Shown in pieces: positions 57,755 to 64,000 of a stretch of DNA of 64,000 nt. Source of the stretch: Chloroflexota bacterium (GTDB taxonomy: Bacteria > Chloroflexota > UBA11872 > VXOZ01); the NCBI GenBank assembly GCA_963663275.1, contig OY760183.1, positions 2,400,001-2,464,000 of the forward strand, written 5' to 3'. The notes under the pieces are model-generated. The model saw only the letters and a program-made list of their open reading frames with translations, was not told the origin of the DNA and searched no databases. Positions within the stretch are counted from its first letter, which is position 1; every line of letters starts with the position of its first letter. The translations under genes and the position numbers were made by a program.

Positions 57755-57990
57755 GGACTAGCTCCCACGCCACGGGTTGGTAGACTAGGCGGCGGGGGAC
57801 GAGCCCCCGCGCTACGGGTCGGTAGACTGGGCGGCGGGAGACTAGCCCCCGCGCTACAGGTCGGTAGACTAGGCGGCGGGAGACTAGCCCCCGCGCGACG
57901 GATCGATAGACAAGGCGGCGGGGGACAAGCCCCCGCGCTACGGGTTGGTAGATAAGGCGGCGGGGGACAAGCCCCCGCGCTACGGGTTGG
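57755..57990. repeat. Tandem array of about 5.5 REP-A units, period 42 bp
   Basis: TAGA anchor at 57781, 57823, 57865, 57907, 57949; unit GGCGGCGGG(G/A)GAC(A/T/G)AGCCCCCGCGCTACGGGT(T/C)GG. Confidence 0.88.
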
Positions 57991-58042
57991 CAGCGAATTG
58001 ACCGGCGTAACTTGCCAGGACTACACGAGAGGTGACGCAAAC

Positions 58043-59056
58043 ATGGAATCACTCGACATCTATTTCACGGCTAAAGACACGGTCGCCGTACAGCGGCAGC
58101 CAGTCCCAAGACTGAAGTCCGGTGAAATTCTCGTACGGTTGCGGCGTTCTCTCATCAGCACCGGCACCGAGTGCATCTGCCTGCAGCGCAATTTCGCGCC
58201 GGGCACGCACTGGGACAAGTGGGTGCAATACCCGTACCGGCCGGGGTACAGCGCCGTCGGCATCGTAGCGGAGGCGGCCAACGACGTGGCAGCCGTCGGC
58301 GTGGGCGATCGAGTGGCGATGCCTGTCAAGCACGGACAGTACGCCGTGCTTGACGCCGATCGCGCCGTCAAGATACCGGAAGCGGTCTCGGATGAGGCCG
58401 CCGCCTGGTTCTACCTGGCGTGCATCGCGCAGAACGCCGTCCGCCGCTCGGAGCACCGGCTGGGAGACGACGTGGTGGTGATCGGCGCCGGTATCCTGGG
58501 ACAGCTTGTCGTCCAATACGCCCGTCTGCTGGGCGCGAGGCGCGTAATCGTCATCGACACGGCGCCGGCGCGGCTTGCGTTGGCGGAGTCCCACGGGGCC
58601 ACGCACACCCTGTTGCTTTCCTCCGCCGACGCCGAAGCGGCGATCGCGTCGCTTACCCACGGGAGGCTGGCGGACGTGGTTTACGACATCACCGGCAACG
58701 CCGCGGTGTTGCCCACGGCCCTGCCGCTGGCGCGGCGCTTTGGCAAAGTTATCCTGCTGGGCGACACCGGCGACCCGTCGGAGCAACGGCTAACGGGCGA
58801 CGTCATCCGGCGCGGCGTAACCCTCATCGGCGCTCACAGCACCAATCCGCCGCCCACCGCCAGCGACTACGAACACTGGACCCACGAGCACATGACCCAA
58901 CTCTTCTTTACGTACCTGGAGCGCGGCGAGATGCGCGTGGAAGACCTCATCACTCACCGCTACGACCCGCGCGAAGCCGCCGCCGCGTACGCTATGTTGA
59001 CGCAGGATCGCTCTCAGGCCATGGGCGTGCTCTTCGATTGGACCGGTCTGCCGTAG
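58043..59056 (+). CDS. Zinc-binding-type (MDR) dehydrogenase
   Basis: SLISTGTE, PGYSAVG, VVVIGAGILGQL, LITHR; ATG 58043 after GAGG. Confidence 0.88.
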   Translation: MESLDIYFTAKDTVAVQRQPVPRLKSGEILVRLRRSLISTGTECICLQRNFAPGTHWDKWVQYPYRPGYSAVGIVAEAANDVAAVGVGDRVAMPVKHGQYAVLDADRAVKIPEAVSDEAAAWFYLACIAQNAVRRSEHRLGDDVVVIGAGILGQLVVQYARLLGARRVIVIDTAPARLALAESHGATHTLLLSSADAEAAIASLTHGRLADVVYDITGNAAVLPTALPLARRFGKVILLGDTGDPSEQRLTGDVIRRGVTLIGAHSTNPPPTASDYEHWTHEHMTQLFFTYLERGEMRVEDLITHRYDPREAAAAYAMLTQDRSQAMGVLFDWTGLP

Positions 59057-59086
59057 GCCAAGGTCTATGGCAAACGCAAGGGCGGT

Positions 59087-59470
59087 CTATACGGCGCTGC
59101 CCGCCAGGCGGCTGACGCCGAGGCCCAGCAGCACGCACGCGATGCCCAGCACGTTGCTAAGGAGCAGATACAAGAGCGCCAAGCGCAGTTCGCCGGCGCG
59201 CAGGAGATTCACGCTCTCGATGCCGTAGGTAGAGAAGGTGGTGAACGCGCCGAGCACGCCGACCAGGAAGAACGTGCGCGCGTGCGGCGGCAGCGCCGTG
59301 TGCGCCAACGGTTCCCACAGAAGACCCACGGCAAAGCAACCAAGCAGGTTCACGCCCAGAGTTCCCGCCGGAAACGCGCTCTCGAAGTAACGGCTGATGA
59401 GGCCGGAGAGGACATAGCGCAGCGTAGCGCCGAAAGCGCCGCCCAGCGCGACGAAGAAGATTGTCGTCAT
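59087..59470 (-). CDS. crcB: Fluoride channel FluC/CrcB
   Basis: GGAFGATLRY, FPAGTLGVNLLGCF, GVLGAFTTFST. Confidence 0.95.
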   Translation of the reverse strand: MTTIFFVALGGAFGATLRYVLSGLISRYFESAFPAGTLGVNLLGCFAVGLLWEPLAHTALPPHARTFFLVGVLGAFTTFSTYGIESVNLLRAGELRLALLYLLLSNVLGIACVLLGLGVSRLAGSAV

Positions 59471-59579
59471 CGTTTCGTCCGACTATGCGCCAGCGCGCCG
59501 CGCAGAAGCGGAGATGAGAGTCCGATCAACGGATGGGGATTCTGACTGGCAGCATAGCACGGCAAATGGGCCAGTCCGG

Positions 59580-59662
59580 TGCCGAAGGCGGGATTCGAAC
59601 CCGCACGGGTGTTACCCCACTGGTTTTTGAGACCAGCGCGTCTTCCATTCCGCCACTTCGGC
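59580..59662 (-). tRNA. tRNA-Leu(CAA)
   Basis: Cloverleaf with long variable arm, CTGGT-CTCAAAA-ACCAG, GGTTCGAATCC; CCA not fully encoded. Confidence 0.95.
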
Positions 59663-59758
59663 AACTCTACAACGATTCTAGGGAATGCGACCGATAGCGG
59701 TCAAGCCAGGATCCCTGGGCAATTGAACGTCAATGCCGCGTTCGGGCGCGAGGGCGCG

Positions 59759-61213
59759 CTACCCCGCAAAGTCGGCAAGGATGTTCTCCGCCACTTCCTG
59801 GCCCAGCCGAATGCTATAGTTGATGCCCCGGTCTTCCGGATAGATGAGGGTGGTATTCGCCAGATACAGCTTGGAAATCGGCGTGCGCAGGTCCGGTTTC
59901 TTCTTCTGGTAGCCCACCTCGATCAAGGGCTGGGCAAACGGATCGCCGCCGGACCACATGTTCTTCACCATGTCTGGTGAGAAATTCGGATACACCTGCT
60001 GCAAGTACGGCAGGTAGTAGTCGAAGAGCGCCTGGGTTTCCATGCGCATCAGCGGATCGCGCGGCGACATGTAGCGCGCCACGTAGAGCAAGTGGCTGCC
60101 GCCGTAGGCTTCCGGCGAGACCAGGTTCGTCTGTTCCACCAGGGCCGTAAACGGCGAGTCCTCCGCGCTGATGTTCAGCCAGTAGTAGGGCGACATGCGC
60201 CGGTCGAGTTCCAGCAGCAAGCAGGAAGCGCCCTTGTACTCGATGCTGCCCAGCCGTTGGCGGTAGGCGTCGGGCAAGTCCGGCGCGAGGTGCAGGAAGA
60301 TAGGCGTGTGCACGGCGGCCAGCACCAGATCGAAGTCGCGCCGTTCGCCGCCGGTGACGATGCCGCGGGCCTGGCCGTTCTCGATGATGATGCGCTCCGC
60401 CGGGGCTTCCAGGTGTATCTGCCCGCCGAGTTCCTCGATGCGGCGGGCGAAACCGTCCACGAGCGTGCGAAATGAGTTGTGGAAGTAGCCCAGTTGCTCT
60501 TTAGCCATGCCTTTGGAGCGGGAGGCGGCGCGCACGTGGATGCGTGCCCAGAGCCACGCCATGCTCACGCGATGCCAGTCCTCGCCAAACTTCGCTTTGA
60601 GCAAGCCGCCCCAGATGGTGTCGAACACCTTATCGCCGCAGAACCGGCGCATCCAGTCGGCGGCGCTCACGTCCTGAAACGGCTGCCACCGCTTGCGCCG
60701 CTGCAAGTACAGCACCGAGAGGCCGAGCCGAAAGCGTTGCACGAGATTGAGAGGCTGGAAGCGCAGCACGTCCGCCGGACCGTTGAAAGGAAGGAGTTTG
60801 CCTCCCCAGTAGAAGCCCATCGTGGAGTCAACCCACGTCAGTTTGTCCGCGACCCCCAGGCGTTCCGCGGAGGCGAGCAGGTAGCTATCGCTGCCGAAAC
60901 AGTGGTGATAGTAGTACTCCACGAAGGTATTGCCAATGGCGCGGGTGGCTACCTCGCCGCCAAGCTGCGACTGCTTCTCGAAGACATGCACCTGCGCGCC
61001 GCCGGCCAGCAACGCTTCGGCGGCGGCCAAGCCGCTAAAGCCGCCGCCAACGACGGCGATGCGCGGCGGAGCGTCGGACATTCTTTCCTCTGACGCTGGG
61101 GCCGTCTGTGTTGTGGTCTGCGTCGCGGTCTCCGACTGCGTCGAGATCTCCGGCTGCACTGAAGTAACCGTTGTCGGCGCTGCTGAGGTCTTCAGAAAGG
61201 TCTGCCGTTCCAT
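59759..61213 (-). CDS. NAD(P)/FAD-dependent oxidoreductase (amine-oxidase/PPO-like); alternative start 61081
   Basis: IAVVGGGFSGLAAA, FEK...LGG, EYYYHH, KFG, SMAWLWAR, YWLNI, IYPEDRGINYSI. Confidence 0.88.
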   Translation of the reverse strand: MERQTFLKTSAAPTTVTSVQPEISTQSETATQTTTQTAPASEERMSDAPPRIAVVGGGFSGLAAAEALLAGGAQVHVFEKQSQLGGEVATRAIGNTFVEYYYHHCFGSDSYLLASAERLGVADKLTWVDSTMGFYWGGKLLPFNGPADVLRFQPLNLVQRFRLGLSVLYLQRRKRWQPFQDVSAADWMRRFCGDKVFDTIWGGLLKAKFGEDWHRVSMAWLWARIHVRAASRSKGMAKEQLGYFHNSFRTLVDGFARRIEELGGQIHLEAPAERIIIENGQARGIVTGGERRDFDLVLAAVHTPIFLHLAPDLPDAYRQRLGSIEYKGASCLLLELDRRMSPYYWLNISAEDSPFTALVEQTNLVSPEAYGGSHLLYVARYMSPRDPLMRMETQALFDYYLPYLQQVYPNFSPDMVKNMWSGGDPFAQPLIEVGYQKKKPDLRTPISKLYLANTTLIYPEDRGINYSIRLGQEVAENILADFAG

Positions 61214-61233
61214 GTGCTTTCCTGATGAATTGC

Positions 61234-62514
61234 CTATGATGTCTCCGGCGCGGACGCCGAGGCCTGGCCGAGGGGCGTTCGCGGGGCATCCGTCACTTGC
61301 AGCGGCCACCAGCGTTGCCGCCGCCGCCAAGCGAGAGCGCCGCCCAAGACGATTACGGGCAGCAGCAGGAGCGCGTGCATCAGCAGCAAGTACGCAATCG
61401 CCAATTCGGCCGCAATGCCAAACTGCATGAGCACCAGCTTGCCCGCAAACTCGAAGGGGCCGATGTACCCGGGTGACGACGGGAGCGCCGAAAAGATATT
61501 GATAACGCCCATCGTCAAGAGAAATACGAGCACGGACTCGTCCAGTCCCATGCTGTACGCCACTACGAAGTACGTAAGTCCCTCGATTACCCACGACACC
61601 ATACTCAAGACAATGATCTCCACCAGCCGCCGCGCCGAACTGAGGCTTTGAAAGCCCTGGAGGAAGGACTGCATCATGCCGACGATGCGGTGTCCTAATC
61701 TCCCCGGCAGCAGGAGCGCCAAGCGCAAGGGCAGCGACGTAAAGTAATCGCGCGCGATGACGGCAGCGCCAAAGACCACGATCAACAGCGCGACGCTCGC
61801 TCCGGCCAGCGGCAGCAGGAGCCCGCCGGATGCCAAATGCCCAAACTCCGCAAAGGCGGTCCCGATCAGAATGCCAAACAGCGCGGTAAGCGCAAGGGAG
61901 CGCCAGACTACGCGGGCGCGGCCAATCCCGCGCCGAGAGCCGTGCGTGGCGACCAGCACGAGCAGCCCGGCCGCTACCAGCGAGGCCACCGCCGCCACGC
62001 GCAGGGCCGTGATCAAGGGCGAGGGCCAATGCAGGAATATCGTGCACGCCACGATGATGGCGAGAATTGCCAGCACGTCCAGTAGGCGTTCCAAGAGAAC
62101 CGTTGCCAGTGAGGCGCTCTTGCGAATCCCGGTCTCCCGGGCCAGCAAGAACACCCGCATGACGTCGCCCATGCGCGCCGGCACCACGTTGTTCACCGTA
62201 TAGCTGACGATGAGGAGCGTGACCGCCTGGCGCACCGGAATGTACTCGATGGGCAAGAGGAGGCGCTGCCAACGCCAGCCGCGTACGGCCACGCCGAGAA
62301 AGTAGAGCGGGATCGCCGGCAGCAGCAGCCAGTAGTCGGCGCCGCGCAGCGCCGCCCACATCTGCCCCAAATCGAGTCCGCGCAGCGCCAGCCACAGCAG
62401 CACACCGCTGATGCCGATGCCGGCTGTGGCTTGAAGCGCGCGCAGGCGTCCGGGCCGCCAGCCCGCGCCAACCCGGCGAAGACGCCGCATGCGTGTCAGC
62501 ATTGCATTCCCCAC
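61234..62514 (-). CDS. UPF0104 / lysylphosphatidylglycerol-synthase TM (flippase-like) membrane protein
   Basis: RGWRWQRLL, NNVVPARMGDVMR, TVLLERLLD, LPSSPGYIGPFE. Confidence 0.85.
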   Translation of the reverse strand: MGNAMLTRMRRLRRVGAGWRPGRLRALQATAGIGISGVLLWLALRGLDLGQMWAALRGADYWLLLPAIPLYFLGVAVRGWRWQRLLLPIEYIPVRQAVTLLIVSYTVNNVVPARMGDVMRVFLLARETGIRKSASLATVLLERLLDVLAILAIIVACTIFLHWPSPLITALRVAAVASLVAAGLLVLVATHGSRRGIGRARVVWRSLALTALFGILIGTAFAEFGHLASGGLLLPLAGASVALLIVVFGAAVIARDYFTSLPLRLALLLPGRLGHRIVGMMQSFLQGFQSLSSARRLVEIIVLSMVSWVIEGLTYFVVAYSMGLDESVLVFLLTMGVINIFSALPSSPGYIGPFEFAGKLVLMQFGIAAELAIAYLLLMHALLLLPVIVLGGALAWRRRQRWWPLQVTDAPRTPLGQASASAPETS

Positions 62515-62838
62515 AATCCGACTGGAACTCGCACTTCTTCACGGGCGCAATGAACGCCCACGCAGTCAAGCATAAGGGTCCAATTCGCGCACCGGAGCGT
62601 GCGCGTTAGCGTCCGCTGGTTCCTGACAGAATGCCTCTAGCGTATTTGAAGTGACCGGCGGCGTCAATTTGCTTCGCTTCCACCGGCATTCGTCGCGTCC
62701 AAGCCGCTGTAGGCCGCAAACCTTAGCGGTAGTTTATATAGCTTAACGCGCCTTCAATTCTTCTTGCATTCTCATTGCCCGCCCTAGGGCCGGGCAGGAA
62801 GCGGCTGCGATGCCGCCGCGCCCCGTCGAACGCCCGTG

Positions 62839-63774
62839 TCAACGCGAGACTCCTCCGAGGGAGCGCAGGTACTCCGCCGCCGACCTGGCGGCAGACTCGG
62901 GATCGGGCAACAGGCGCCAGTAGGCGCGCGGCATGCCCTTGAATGGGTTGACGTATTCATACAATACGTAGCCGTCGAACCCGCCCCGCTGCAACTCCCC
63001 AATGACCGCTTTCCAGTCGATGTCGCCTTCCGGCAGTTCCGTCCACTCGTAGCCGTAGACCTCTTTGGGCAGGTAATCGATCTCTCCCGGCGGGCGGCGG
63101 CGCACGTTCTTCACGTGGAGCATAGCGACGTGGGGCGCCAGGCGCCGCGCTTCAGACAGGACGTCCCGGCCTTCCATGTAGAGATTGGCGCCGTCCATGA
63201 CGAGATCGAGTTCAGGCCCCACCGCGTCCCGCACCGCCAGCAACTCTTCCGCGCTAGCGGTCGTGGTATTCTCATTCGTCTCGACGATAAGCCTGACGCC
63301 ACGCTCTTTGGCATACGGCAGCAGTTCCTTGAGAGCGGCGACGTGCAGGTCGCGGGCTTCACCCGGCGACAGCGTAATGTCCGGCGCGGGCTCCAGCGCG
63401 TTGCCGATGCTGCGCAGCCAGCGGGCATCCAGAGCGGCCGCCAGGTCTACGTAGTCCCGGTTGAGCGCCATACTCCGCTCGCGCAGTTCGCCCGGCGGAT
63501 AGGTGAGCGGACAGTAGCAGGAAAGACAGGCAATCTCCAGCTTCTTAGCCTTGAGCACCCGGTAGAACTCGTTTCTCCCCGGCTCGCCTATGAGCCGCGG
63601 GCTGACCATGTCGTAGCCTACCGCGTTGTAGTGGCGTTCCACCGGCCGGGGCACGTCCAGCGTGTACCCGCGCAGGCTGATGCCGTGGTAGTCGAACTTC
63701 CCCGCCCACGCCAGCACTTTCGCCAGGCCAAACGGGTGCTGCCAGCCGACGCCGCCGTATAGGGCCAGTTTCAT
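62839..63774 (-). CDS. Sugar phosphate isomerase/epimerase (TIM barrel)
   Basis: GVRLIVETNE, DGAN, LHVKN, GDIDW, GFDGYVLYEY. Confidence 0.85.
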   Translation of the reverse strand: MKLALYGGVGWQHPFGLAKVLAWAGKFDYHGISLRGYTLDVPRPVERHYNAVGYDMVSPRLIGEPGRNEFYRVLKAKKLEIACLSCYCPLTYPPGELRERSMALNRDYVDLAAALDARWLRSIGNALEPAPDITLSPGEARDLHVAALKELLPYAKERGVRLIVETNENTTTASAEELLAVRDAVGPELDLVMDGANLYMEGRDVLSEARRLAPHVAMLHVKNVRRRPPGEIDYLPKEVYGYEWTELPEGDIDWKAVIGELQRGGFDGYVLYEYVNPFKGMPRAYWRLLPDPESAARSAAEYLRSLGGVSR

Positions 63775-63909
63775 TACTCCACTCCTCAGACGGCTCGCCG
63801 GTTATGGCTGCCAACCGGAGTACTCGGGGCGCAGCATGGGGCGCGCGCCCGTCAGGTATAGCCGCCGCCGCGCGCGCCGGGCGTTTCAAGGCGCGCTTCC
63901 AAGATGAAA

Positions 63910-63939
63910 GGGCGAGCATCCGCATACGGATACTCGCCC
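63910..63939 (-). terminator. Terminator hairpin after tRNA-Trp
   Basis: Minus strand GGGCGAGTATCCG-TATG-CGGATGCTCGCCC-TTTC. Confidence 0.6.
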
Positions 63940-63952
63940 AATGGCCGTCGCT

Positions 63953-64000
63953 TGGCAGGAGCGGAGGGACTCGAACCCCCGACCGCTGGTTTTGGAGACC
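63953..64000 (-). tRNA. tRNA-Trp(CCA), 3' part (truncated by window edge)
   Basis: GGT-CTCCAAA-ACC anticodon arm, GGTTCGAGTCC, 3' GCTCCTGCCA. Confidence 0.9.

Noticed and set aside
55873-57990. CRISPR arrays
   Set aside because: Linkers are short (about 11-18 bp) and similar to each other, the repeats occur dispersed across the window, and no cas genes are present.
59471-59579. Fluoride riboswitch upstream of crcB
   Set aside because: No GGNGATGGNGTTC..CC / GCTGATGAC motif on the coding strand; a GGAGATGAG look-alike is on the wrong strand and lacks the pairing.
59759-62569. 936-aa fusion protein
   Set aside because: The N-terminal half is an off-frame read-through of the UPF0104 gene with low-complexity Arg/Ala composition; the real domain begins at 61213 or 61081.
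1-64000. Prophage, defence system or autonomous IS/RAYT
   Set aside because: No integrase, transposase, HUH, phage structural or recognisable defence ORF was found in the six-frame track.

Overview
High-GC bacterial chromosome segment, most likely Chloroflexota (inference from YFPQTGH-type wall repeats in the amidase, a DnaK carrying the ~23-aa N-terminal insert absent from Firmicutes/Actinobacteria, and HspR/MprA-like regulators). In order: ABC ATPase (partial), CPT-like kinase, tRNA-Arg; a rex-nuoABCDGHIJKLMN operon lacking nuoE/F with a Rex operator; a VanW-family protein; an orphan catabolic cluster (RidA, two Tat-lipoprotein solute-binding proteins, isochorismatase, class III aminotransferase, two amidohydrolases, Gfo/Idh/MocA, TIM-barrel isomerase); two cell-surface proteins; a lon-dnaK-grpE-dnaJ-hspR-clpC operon with a HAIR operator; aspS; M55 peptidase; an MprAB-HtrA-like locus next to pspA/pspAA and two more SBP paralogs; C45 hydrolase, MDR dehydrogenase, fluC, tRNA-Leu, FAD oxidoreductase, UPF0104 membrane protein, isomerase, partial tRNA-Trp. 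No transposase, phage or cas gene is present. The most unusual signal is intergenic: at least six families of short palindromic repeats (REP-like), present as REPINs and tandem arrays, plus non-autonomous miniature elements. One is a 162-bp element with IS4-like ends, found twice; the first copy sits in the loop of a GTAG-REP with a perfect 11-bp target duplication, and both copies carry two REPs as cargo. The other is a 140-bp element with IS1106/IS5-like ends that carries two other REP families.
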